From NCBI GenBank assembly GCA_017516045.1, contig JAFWDT010000007.1, positions 47,954 to 111,953 of the forward strand: a stretch of 64,000 bases of DNA. Reading direction: 5' to 3'. This DNA comes from Erysipelotrichaceae bacterium. GTDB lineage: Bacteria > Bacillota_I > Bacilli_A > Erysipelotrichales > Erysipelotrichaceae. Positions 29,184 through 37,279 of the stretch are shown here, in pieces (positions within the stretch are counted from its first letter, which is position 1; each line of letters begins with the position of its first letter). The position numbers and the translations under genes are program-made. Below the pieces are notes generated by a model that worked only from the letters and a program-made list of their open reading frames with translations, ran no database searches and was not told the origin of the DNA.

Positions 29184-29409
29184 GGGTTTTGTTTTCATGG
29201 ATACTCTTATTGGCATGTTTATCATCATGGTAATGCTGACACTGGTGATTATGATGAGTTCTCTGAAAAAGGGCTTTAACTATGATTTCAAAGAAGAGGA
29301 GATGAGGGATATATGGCAGAATCCTCAAGGAAGCAGCGTTTATTACCCCGAAAAACCGGTCGAAATTCCATTGCTGCCTCCCGTGGAGGATACACCTTCA
29401 TTGAATTGA
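29170..29409 (+). CDS. comGE: minor pseudopilin ComGE
   Basis: 79 aa. NKG/FVFMD has Asp rather than Glu at +5, followed by a hydrophobic helix. Confidence 0.6.
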   Translation: MFWNKGFVFMDTLIGMFIIMVMLTLVIMMSSLKKGFNYDFKEEEMRDIWQNPQGSSVYYPEKPVEIPLLPPVEDTPSLN

Positions 29410-29774
29410 TGCTGGCACTATCGATCATTTTCGCATTATGCAGAATAACGGTACCGCTGATAAATACTCTTCTGAAAATCAGGAAAGCAACAGCAGTGCA
29501 TTATCAGGATGAAATAGGGATATATCAGATACAGCTGGAACTCGCTCTCTATGATGTTCAGGAAGTCAATTATGACAGTATTGTTTATCACAAAAACAAT
29601 GACACTTTCATAATGCATGTAGTCAATGACAAGCTTTTGGCCCAGCCAGGCAGCGAAGACTTTATTCACGGAATCTCTGAAGCTGTCTTTGAAGTTGAAG
29701 ACATGATCATATATCTTTCTTTTCAGAGAGATGATCATTGGTGCATTTACCCGGTGGGCTATTATGCTGAATAG
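29313..29774 (+). CDS. comGF: minor pseudopilin ComGF
   Basis: SRGG/YTFIELMLAL prepilin-like motif. The only canonical in-frame start is ATG 29313, preceded by GAGGAG and GAGGGA. Confidence 0.6.
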   Translation: MAESSRKQRLLPRKTGRNSIAASRGGYTFIELMLALSIIFALCRITVPLINTLLKIRKATAVHYQDEIGIYQIQLELALYDVQEVNYDSIVYHKNNDTFIMHVVNDKLLAQPGSEDFIHGISEAVFEVEDMIIYLSFQRDDHWCIYPVGYYAE

Positions 29775-30111
29775 AAAAGGGTTTGTTACGGTTTATCTGC
29801 TTCAGATACTGTCTGTGTGCCTGCTTCTGTCGCGGACAGTGTCGGCTGAAATAATCAGGTATCACGATTTTGAGGAAAAGAGAAAGTGTTTCAGAGAGGT
29901 TAACTGGCTTGAGGTTTTAGCAGTAAATCATGTGAAACTTAAGTACCGCAGTTATCAGGAAAAAGATGAAGTGATATACGTTGACGGCTACCGTATCAGT
30001 TTTGTCTATCATGAAATGGTCTGTAACATAACCTTCAGCGGAAATGGCGTTTACCGTGAACGCATGCTTCAGTATGATGATATTGATAATGAAGTCATTG
30101 ATTATCAGTAA
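29764..30111 (+). CDS. comGG: ComGG-like pseudopilus protein
   Basis: MLNRKGFVTVYLLQILSV N-terminus. It is the last gene of the operon. Assignment is by position only. Confidence 0.5.
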   Translation: MLNRKGFVTVYLLQILSVCLLLSRTVSAEIIRYHDFEEKRKCFREVNWLEVLAVNHVKLKYRSYQEKDEVIYVDGYRISFVYHEMVCNITFSGNGVYRERMLQYDDIDNEVIDYQ

Positions 30112-30118
30112 TAAAAAC

Positions 30119-30157
30119 GGCCTTCATGTGATGGTTTGCATGAAGGCTTTTCTTATG
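30119..30157 (+). terminator. intrinsic terminator after the comG operon
   Basis: GCCTTCATG-10 nt-CATGAAGGC followed by TTTTCTT. A second hairpin, TCAGTAAAA/TTTTACTGA plus TTTT, lies at 30175-30205. Confidence 0.75.
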
Positions 30158-30220
30158 AAAAAACATATAAAAACTCAGTAAAACAAAGGCTTTTTACTGA
30201 TTTTGCCCAAAATATAAAAG

Positions 30221-30250
30221 TTGTTTTTATATATATAACAGTGATATAAT
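30221..30250 (+). promoter_or_regulatory. candidate promoter for efp
   Basis: TTGTTT, 18-nt spacer, TGaTATAAT extended -10. Confidence 0.45.
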
Positions 30251-30306
30251 ATTCTAGGAGTCATGCAGATGATTGTTTTTTGTGGTATGAAGAAAGGATG
30301 ATTCTT

Positions 30307-30864
30307 ATGATTATTGTTAACGATTTGAAACCAGGGACAACATTTATTTATGAAGGAAGCCTTTATATAACGCTCAGTACTTCATTGAATAAGACAGCAA
30401 TGAGACAGATGGTTGTCAAAGCTCATGCCAAGGATCTCAGAACCGGAACCATTAAGGACGTAGTTTTTACTGGCGGAGATAAGGTAGAACAGGCTCAGGT
30501 TGATAAGAGTGAAATGCAGTATCTTTACGATGCTGGAGATGATCTGGTCTTCATGGATACCACAACATATGATCAGATCGAGATTCCTAAAAACCGACTG
30601 GAATGGGAAATGAATTTCCTGAAACCTAATGACAATGTTATGATTACCAGTTACGAAGGTGAAATTCTTGGAATTCAATTACCTGATAAGGTAGCTCTGC
30701 AGGTAGTTGAAGCAGAACAGGCCGTTAAAGGCGATACTGCAACAAGTGCATCCAAGAATGCCGTTCTGGAAACAGGATGGCAGATAAAAGTGCCTCTGTT
30801 CATAGAACAGGATGAAATGGTTCTTGTATCAACAATAGACGGAAAGTATTCTGGTAGAGCTTAA
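30307..30864 (+). CDS. efp: elongation factor P (non-canonical loop tip)
   Basis: Start taken at MIIVNDLKPG (ATG 30307). It aligns without gaps to the Bacillus EF-P sequence as I recall it (MQYLYDAGDDLVFMD, KGDTATSASK). Residue 32 is Met. Confidence 0.92.
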   Translation: MIIVNDLKPGTTFIYEGSLYITLSTSLNKTAMRQMVVKAHAKDLRTGTIKDVVFTGGDKVEQAQVDKSEMQYLYDAGDDLVFMDTTTYDQIEIPKNRLEWEMNFLKPNDNVMITSYEGEILGIQLPDKVALQVVEAEQAVKGDTATSASKNAVLETGWQIKVPLFIEQDEMVLVSTIDGKYSGRA

Positions 30865-30893
30865 TCTGTCCGGATTAGGCGTAGGAGGGCATT

Positions 30894-33800
30894 ATGGATA
30901 ACAGAAATAAAATTGACGGTTTCTCAGACGTGAGTAATGAAATAGAAAACAGCGATGAAGGAGTCAGTGATCACCCTAGTTCAATCTTTGACGATAACAC
31001 AGGTGAAATCGATAAAAGAAGTTTTGGCTCAAATTCCGGTAGGAACAGCAGTAAAACCATTCCGGATGATTATGAGCGCATGCTGAAAGAACAGGAAGAT
31101 TTTCTTAAAAGTCTTGATGAACAGTTCAGCAGCTACAGCACAAAAAACAGCTCAGGCAATGAAACATCTTCATTAGAAGAACTGCTGACAGCTTATGCTG
31201 AACCTGTTACAGATGATATTGTAAGTGCTCCTGAAATAAACATTGACACTGAAGAAACTGCCGAATTCAGAATACCTGAGATAAAAATAGCAGATGTTGC
31301 TGAAAATCCATCTGCCCGGGAACATGAAATACCTGAGATCAAAATCGATGATCTGCTTGCAGAAACGGAAAACAGAACAGAAGATGACGTTAAGGTCCCA
31401 GATGTAAAACTTGACGATGTATCTTATGTTGAAGCAGACAGCGATACAGAAATACCTGATCTGAAAATTGATTTCTCGGAAATGAATGTTCCGGAAAACC
31501 TGGAAGACACCATAGAAATACAGAACTTCCTTGACGATGAGACAAGGGAGATTATAAATGATCTTAACAACATGGAAGAACCTGATACATACAGTGAACT
31601 AGTTGTTGAAGATAAGCCAGTTGAAGAACCAACGCATGAAGGAATACCTGCTGAACAGCAGGTTGAGAAACCGGAATTTGAAGAGGTACATTTCGATGAA
31701 CCTGAAAATGAAACTTATCCGGAAGAAGATGATGTAGTTGTCGTTAAGGACAACGAATATGGAGAGGAAGGAACACCGCTGAAAATCAACGGATATGAAC
31801 CTGCTCCATATCAGGAAAGTGAACCTGAGGAAGAATATAACCCTATGTTTGATGAACTTCTTAAAGATGAACCAGTAGATGAAAAAGTAGACGAATTCAC
31901 AGAAACAGACGTTGATGAATTTGTTGAGGAAGAGGTCCCTGAATGGGAAGCTTTTGTAGAGCAGTTTGACAGCCAGGAAGAAAAACCTGCTGTTGAGGAA
32001 GCAGCTGTAGAACCGGCATCAGAAGAAATAGCTGAAGAGCCAGTTGTTGAAGAAACCGCTGAATATGATCCTGACAGAATGCCTTGGGAGGACATGGTTG
32101 AGACAATTGATACTGCTGAAAACGAAAAAGTTTCTTATGAAGAAGCAGCACAGCAGCCGGCTGTTCAGGACTATGAACTGCCGCAGATTGAAAATGATGA
32201 AACCATCGATTACTCAGATCTTGATATCCAGATGCTCAGAAATGAATATGAAGATGAAGATGAAGAAACCGAAGAGGACTTCGATGATTTCGATATAGAT
32301 GCATATATTCAGGAAAATCTTTCTCACACAAGCAATCTGGTGTTCCCTAAGTTTGATGAAAACGGAGAGCCAGTCATTGAAGAACCGGTAGTTCCTGTTG
32401 AAGAGGTTAATGCCGAGATCCCTGAGGTCAGGTTTGATGAACCTGAAGTTCCTGAAGAGGAAGAACCGCAGGAAGATGATGATGACGATTATGATGTTGA
32501 AGCATCAATACATGAGACATTTGCCAATATCAACACTGAATTACCTGATTTCGGTAAGGAATTCGAAGAAGTTCCGGTTGAGGAAGCAGAAGTAACCGTA
32601 GAGGATTATAAGCCTGAAGAACCTGCTCCTGCTGAAGAACCGGTCATTGAAGATGTGCCGATTGCTGAAGAAGACATAGAGATTCCTGAGGCTGAGATTG
32701 TAAAAGCAGAAATTCCTGAAATCGAAGAGCCGCTTGATACTGATGATGATGACGATTACGATGTTGAAGCATCAATCCATGAGACATTCGCCAGCATTAA
32801 CAGAGACTTACCTGATTTCGGTAAGGAATTCGAAGAGAATGCGGACGAGATTCCAGTTGAAGAAGTAGAAACAATCGTAGAAGACAGCAATCCTGAAACT
32901 GCTGAGTTTGCTGAAGAACCAGTCGCAGAAGAAACTCCAGTTGAAGATAACAGCGTGATTCCGGAAATTGAAGTTGAACCAGCTGGTAACAATGATTTCA
33001 ACATTGAAATTGAACCAATAAATCTGGACTTTGCTGATAATAAGGAAGCAGTTGATTTGCCTGAAGTTGGTGATATCAGTATTGAAGCATCAGAAAAGCC
33101 TGCCGTAGAAATTCCTGAAATCAAGGCAGATGAACCGGAAGTACCTGAAATCGAATTACCGCAGGAAGATGATGATGACGATTATGATGTTGAGGCATCA
33201 ATTCATGAGACATTCGCCAATATCAATGCCGAATTACCTGATTTCGGCAAGGAATATGAGGAACCTGCAGAAGAGCTCAAACTCGATCTGCCTGAAGAGG
33301 AACCTGCTGTTGAAGAAGCAAAAGCTCCTGCATTTGACAGTCTCAATGCTCCGGAAGAAAAACCGTTTGTTGAGGAACATGTTGCTACGGGCAGAACAGC
33401 GGAATTAAGAGGACTGACAGACTTAGACATGACATTCATGTTTGATGATGATGACAGCGTAGACAATGTTGACAGTATTATCAGTGAGATCAAGGACTAC
33501 AATATTGAAAAGGGAATCAGAAATGTTGAAGATACTCAGATCAACATCATTTCAGAAATCAAGAAGGAAGAACTGATGGCTCGGGAAAATGAACCTGAAA
33601 CAGAGAAAGAGCCTGATGTTGCTTCAGTAAAACCTGCTGAAAAGAAATCATTCCTGTCAAGTTTCTTCGGTGTTAGTGAAGCAGAGATCGACAATTACGA
33701 AGAAGATGAAGAAGAAGATGAAAAACCTTCTGAAAATAACAGCGACAATACAGTGGAAATCCCTGTAGAAGAGTATACAGAAGAAGAAATTGAAAAGACG

Positions 33801-34205
33801 AAGTCATCAATCATGAAAGCAATTGCTGACATGAAGCCAATTGAAGAAGGCGAACTGTTATATGATGATGAACCTGCTTTAGACAATGAATTCGATGCTG
33901 TTTATACTGCTCCGCAGCCACAGCCACAGGTAAAGAAAGCATCTTCTTATGAAGATCAGGAACACATCAATGTTCTGACCAAGCAAATTGAAAAGGAAAG
34001 AATTGCCAGAGAAGAAATGTTTGAACAGACTCAGCAGCTGAAACTTCAGGTTTCTGAGTATGAAAACGAACTGAACGATGTTACTAATAACATGAGCAGA
34101 ACCAACAGAATTCTGAATGTTATTCTGACACTTCTGATCATTGCTCTGTTTGTTATCTTGTTCATTATGGGATTCTTCTTTGCAAAGGAGAGAGGACTGA
34201 TCTAA
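30894..34205 (+). CDS. hypothetical hyper-acidic repeat protein with C-terminal coiled-coil-like segment and tail-anchor TM helix
   Basis: 1103-aa uninterrupted ORF with a GGAGGG SD. The stop overlaps the cmk ATG (TAATG). The TM helix is encoded at 34110-34181. I recognise no family. Confidence 0.75.
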   Translation: MDNRNKIDGFSDVSNEIENSDEGVSDHPSSIFDDNTGEIDKRSFGSNSGRNSSKTIPDDYERMLKEQEDFLKSLDEQFSSYSTKNSSGNETSSLEELLTAYAEPVTDDIVSAPEINIDTEETAEFRIPEIKIADVAENPSAREHEIPEIKIDDLLAETENRTEDDVKVPDVKLDDVSYVEADSDTEIPDLKIDFSEMNVPENLEDTIEIQNFLDDETREIINDLNNMEEPDTYSELVVEDKPVEEPTHEGIPAEQQVEKPEFEEVHFDEPENETYPEEDDVVVVKDNEYGEEGTPLKINGYEPAPYQESEPEEEYNPMFDELLKDEPVDEKVDEFTETDVDEFVEEEVPEWEAFVEQFDSQEEKPAVEEAAVEPASEEIAEEPVVEETAEYDPDRMPWEDMVETIDTAENEKVSYEEAAQQPAVQDYELPQIENDETIDYSDLDIQMLRNEYEDEDEETEEDFDDFDIDAYIQENLSHTSNLVFPKFDENGEPVIEEPVVPVEEVNAEIPEVRFDEPEVPEEEEPQEDDDDDYDVEASIHETFANINTELPDFGKEFEEVPVEEAEVTVEDYKPEEPAPAEEPVIEDVPIAEEDIEIPEAEIVKAEIPEIEEPLDTDDDDDYDVEASIHETFASINRDLPDFGKEFEENADEIPVEEVETIVEDSNPETAEFAEEPVAEETPVEDNSVIPEIEVEPAGNNDFNIEIEPINLDFADNKEAVDLPEVGDISIEASEKPAVEIPEIKADEPEVPEIELPQEDDDDDYDVEASIHETFANINAELPDFGKEYEEPAEELKLDLPEEEPAVEEAKAPAFDSLNAPEEKPFVEEHVATGRTAELRGLTDLDMTFMFDDDDSVDNVDSIISEIKDYNIEKGIRNVEDTQINIISEIKKEELMARENEPETEKEPDVASVKPAEKKSFLSSFFGVSEAEIDNYEEDEEEDEKPSENNSDNTVEIPVEEYTEEEIEKTKSSIMKAIADMKPIEEGELLYDDEPALDNEFDAVYTAPQPQPQVKKASSYEDQEHINVLTKQIEKERIAREEMFEQTQQLKLQVSEYENELNDVTNNMSRTNRILNVILTLLIIALFVILFIMGFFFAKERGLI
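31269..31475 (+). repeat. four short peptide repeats (R/E/K)(I/V)P(E/D)(I/V/L)K(I/L)(A/D)(D/F) within the acidic protein
   Basis: RIPEIKIADV, EIPEIKIDDL, KVPDVKLDDV and EIPDLKIDFS, read directly from the translation. Confidence 0.6.
32475..32570 (+). repeat. 32-aa module copy 1: DDDDDYDVEASIHETFANINTELPDFGKEFEE
   Basis: 96-nt in-frame repeat. A degenerate earlier copy lies around 32278-32370 (DFDDFDIDAYIQENLSHTSNLVFPKFDENGE). Confidence 0.9.
32742..32837 (+). repeat. 32-aa module copy 2: DDDDDYDVEASIHETFASINRDLPDFGKEFEE
   Basis: 96-nt in-frame repeat, 267 nt downstream of copy 1. Confidence 0.9.
33168..33263 (+). repeat. 32-aa module copy 3: DDDDDYDVEASIHETFANINAELPDFGKEYEE
   Basis: 96-nt in-frame repeat, 426 nt downstream of copy 2. 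Confidence 0.9.
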
Positions 34206-34861
34206 TGGCAATTAACATAGCAATTGATGGGCCTAGCGCTTCAGGGAAAAGCACAATAGCAAAAGAGCTGTGCAAGGAACTTAACTACAAACACCTGGAT
34301 ACAGGAGCAATGTATCGTTGTGTTGCTTTGAAAGTTAAGCGTACTGATACCGACTATGATAACGAGGAAGAACTGCAGAATCTGCTGGAGTCAATTAACA
34401 TTGATTTCACACCTGATGGAGCAGTTCTGCTCGATGGTGAGGATGTCAGCGGGGAAATAAGAACCGATGAGATTTCCATGCTGGCTTCTACTGTATCAAC
34501 AAAAAAGACAGTCAGAATGCATCTTGTCAAGATACAACAGCAGATTGCCAAAGACAAGGGATATGTCATGGATGGCCGTGACATAGGTACTGTCGTACTT
34601 CCAGATGCTGAAGTTAAGATTTTCCTGGTTGCTTCAGTTGAAACAAGAGCTCAGAGAAGATTCCTTGAAAACAAGCAGAGAGGAATTGAATGCAATCTGA
34701 GAGAACTAAAGCAGGAAATCGTGGAAAGAGACTATCAGGATACTCATCGTAAGCATTCACCATTGAGAAAGGCGAAGGATGCAATTGAAATTGATACTTC
34801 AAACATGAACATTGATGAAGTGCTTGATGCTGTATTGAACATAGTAAGGCCTAAATTGTAA
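34205..34861 (+). CDS. cmk: cytidylate kinase
   Basis: 218 aa with P-loop GPSASGKST. Confidence 0.95.
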   Translation: MAINIAIDGPSASGKSTIAKELCKELNYKHLDTGAMYRCVALKVKRTDTDYDNEEELQNLLESINIDFTPDGAVLLDGEDVSGEIRTDEISMLASTVSTKKTVRMHLVKIQQQIAKDKGYVMDGRDIGTVVLPDAEVKIFLVASVETRAQRRFLENKQRGIECNLRELKQEIVERDYQDTHRKHSPLRKAKDAIEIDTSNMNIDEVLDAVLNIVRPKL

Positions 34862-34873
34862 AGGAGTGATTAT

Positions 34874-36181
34874 ATGATTATAGGAACAGTTGCGATTGTT
34901 GGACGTCCCAACGTCGGAAAATCCACTGTTTTCAATAGAATGGTTGGGGAAAGAGTTTCTATAGTCAATGACACACCAGGTGTTACCAGAGACAGAATTT
35001 ACGGAAAATGTGAATGGCTGACCCAGGAGTTTAATGTCATTGATACAGGTGGCATCCAGATTCGGGATCAGCCTTTTCAAGTGGAAATAAAAGCACAGGT
35101 AGACATAGCAATTGAAGAAGCTGATACTGTTGTCATGCTGGTTAACGGTAAGGAAGGTATTACCAATGATGATATTTTCATCGCCAGAATGCTTCAGAAA
35201 TCAAATAAGAAACTGCTGCTGGCAGTAAATAAAATAGATGATATTGCCCAACAGCCGAATATTTATGAATTCTACAGTCTGGGTCTGGGAGATCCTATTC
35301 CAATCAGCGGTATTCACGGCATCGGCATGGGTGATTTACTGGACGCCATTGTTGCTTCATTTGAAGGTCAGCCTGTAGCACAGTATGAAGGAATGATTTC
35401 CTTTGCCGTAATAGGCAGACCAAATGTCGGTAAATCATCACTGGTTAATGCTATTCTCAATCAGCAGCGTGTTATCGTCAGCAGCATTGAAGGTACTACC
35501 CGAGATGCCATTGATACACCGTTTGAGCGAGATGGAAAACACTATGTGGTCGTTGATACAGCAGGAATAAGAAAAAAAGGCAAGGTATACGAGAACGTAG
35601 AAAAATACTCAGTGCTTCGTGCCATGAAGGCTATTGATAAATGTGATGTTGTGCTGTTTGTTCTGGATGGTACAACAGGTATTACTGATCAGGATAAGCA
35701 CGTTGCCGGTTATGCCAAGGAAGCAGGCAAGGGAATCATCATTGTCTATAACAAATGGGATGCTGTCGAAAAGGATCAGAACACCATGGACAGGATCACC
35801 AAGGAAATCAGGAAGGAATTCCTGTATCTGGACTATGCTCCGGTTGCCTTTGTATCTGCACTAAACAAATCGAGAATCAATACTCTGTTTCCGCTTATAG
35901 ATGAAGTTTATGATTACTCACAGTTGCGAATTTCTACGGCGTTATTAAACGAAGTCATAGCTGATGCGCAGATCACGACTCCGCCTCCGACACATAACGG
36001 AAAACGTCTGAGGATAAACTATGCATCACAGGTAGCTGTAGCACCTCCGACATTTGTAGTATTTGTTAATGATGAAGAACTCCTTCATTTCTCATATTCC
36101 AGATATCTGGAGAACAGATTAAGAGAAGCGTTTGGATTTGACGGCAATCCGATAAGGATACTTGCCAGAAGGAAGAACTGA
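34874..36181 (+). CDS. der: ribosome biogenesis GTPase Der (EngA)
   Basis: 435 aa with tandem G domains ([17 protein letters not shown] and [17 protein letters not shown]). Confidence 0.97.
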   Translation: MIIGTVAIVGRPNVGKSTVFNRMVGERVSIVNDTPGVTRDRIYGKCEWLTQEFNVIDTGGIQIRDQPFQVEIKAQVDIAIEEADTVVMLVNGKEGITNDDIFIARMLQKSNKKLLLAVNKIDDIAQQPNIYEFYSLGLGDPIPISGIHGIGMGDLLDAIVASFEGQPVAQYEGMISFAVIGRPNVGKSSLVNAILNQQRVIVSSIEGTTRDAIDTPFERDGKHYVVVDTAGIRKKGKVYENVEKYSVLRAMKAIDKCDVVLFVLDGTTGITDQDKHVAGYAKEAGKGIIIVYNKWDAVEKDQNTMDRITKEIRKEFLYLDYAPVAFVSALNKSRINTLFPLIDEVYDYSQLRISTALLNEVIADAQITTPPPTHNGKRLRINYASQVAVAPPTFVVFVNDEELLHFSYSRYLENRLREAFGFDGNPIRILARRKN

Positions 36182-37167
36182 TGAAAGTAATAGTTATAGG
36201 TGCCGGCAGCTGGGGAACTGCCCTGGGGAATGTACTGGCGGATAACGGCAGTGAAGTCGTCATTTACGGCCGTAATCAGACAGTAGTTGATGAAATAAAC
36301 AACATGCATACCAACAGCCGCTATTTTGAGGATTGTCAGCTTAACAGAACAATTACGGCGACAACTGAGATCTCGGCAGCTGAAGGAAAGGATATGGTTC
36401 TGTTATCCGTACCGAGCAGAGAATGCATCAACGTTACCAGGGAAATCAAGCCCTATGTAAACGAAAAAACCATTATCGTAAATGTTGCCAAGGGCTTTGA
36501 ACCTAAGAGTTATCGTCTGCTTTCCGAATGCATCTGCGAAGAACTTGATAACTGCTGCATTTATGCTGCCTTACTGGGACCGTCTCATGCTGAAGAAGTG
36601 GTATTAAGAAAACATACAACTGTTAACATCTGCTGTGAAAACAATGAAATTGCGTGCATGCTGCAGAAGGAGTTTTCAAATGAATACTTCCGTGTTTACC
36701 GTAATAATGATCTGATTGGCTGTCAGTATGGAGCAGGTTTAAAGAACATCATTGCGATTGCTTCCGGCATCCTTTACGGATTGGATCTGGGAGATAATGC
36801 AAAGGCTTCCCTGATGACCAGAGGCCTGGCTGAAATGAGCAGACTGGGAGTCATGATGGGCGGTAAAAAGGAAACCTTCATGGGTCTGTGCGGAATGGGA
36901 GACCTGATTGTAACGTGCACATCTCACTTTTCACGTAACTGGCAGGCTGGATATCAGATCGGCCGTGATGACAGTGCTGAAGAGTTCTGGAAAACAAATA
37001 CCAAGACTGTTGAGGGTGTTGATGCCTGCCGTATCATTAAGCATGTAGCGGATGAAAAACAGGTTTCAATGCCTATAACCCAGGAACTGTACAAGGTTCT
37101 TTTCGAGAAAAAAAGGCCATCAGAAGCCATCAATGACCTGATGACCAGAACGCTGAAAAGCGAGTAG
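36181..37167 (+). CDS. gpsA: NAD(P)H-dependent glycerol-3-phosphate dehydrogenase
   Basis: 328 aa with GAGSWGTA. ATGA-type overlap with the der stop. Confidence 0.95.
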   Translation: MKVIVIGAGSWGTALGNVLADNGSEVVIYGRNQTVVDEINNMHTNSRYFEDCQLNRTITATTEISAAEGKDMVLLSVPSRECINVTREIKPYVNEKTIIVNVAKGFEPKSYRLLSECICEELDNCCIYAALLGPSHAEEVVLRKHTTVNICCENNEIACMLQKEFSNEYFRVYRNNDLIGCQYGAGLKNIIAIASGILYGLDLGDNAKASLMTRGLAEMSRLGVMMGGKKETFMGLCGMGDLIVTCTSHFSRNWQAGYQIGRDDSAEEFWKTNTKTVEGVDACRIIKHVADEKQVSMPITQELYKVLFEKKRPSEAINDLMTRTLKSE

Positions 37168-37187
37168 AAAACCCTATGATAAAACAA

Positions 37188-37219
37188 CAAAAAAGCCTTA
37201 TAAATAAAGGCTTTTTTTA
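37188..37219. terminator. palindromic intrinsic terminator after gpsA
   Basis: AAAAAGCCTT-ataaat-AAGGCTTTTTTT, with an A-run on one side and a T-run on the other (bidirectional form). Confidence 0.75.
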
Positions 37220-37229
37220 TGCTTTATAT

Positions 37230-37258
37230 TTGTGGAAAACGATGTTGTATGATATAAT
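37230..37258 (+). promoter_or_regulatory. promoter of the HU gene
   Basis: TTGTGG, 17-nt spacer, TATAAT. Confidence 0.5.
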
Positions 37259-37279
37259 AATGTCAGGAGGACGAAACAC

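Noticed and set aside
30155-30181. 8-codon mini-ORF (MKKHIKTQ) between the two hairpins downstream of comGG.
   Set aside because: It has no SD and is too short to evaluate. It most likely occurs by chance in A-rich intergenic sequence.
32475-33263. The three 96-nt direct repeats could superficially resemble a repeat-spacer array.
   Set aside because: They are in frame within one long ORF. The 'spacers' are unequal in length (171 and 330 nt), the repeats are not palindromic, and no cas genes are nearby. They are coding repeats, not a CRISPR array.
31811-33493. A cluster of alternative-frame and antisense ORFs inside the 1103-aa gene: 31811-32095, 31897-32151, 32756-33124 and 33203-33493 on the minus strand, and 32044-32298, 32398-32595 and 33130-33408 on the plus strand.
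   Set aside because: They are Ser/Leu-rich or Lys/Met-rich translations that are the expected by-product of a long GAA/GAT/CCT-rich coding region. None has an SD or independent signals.
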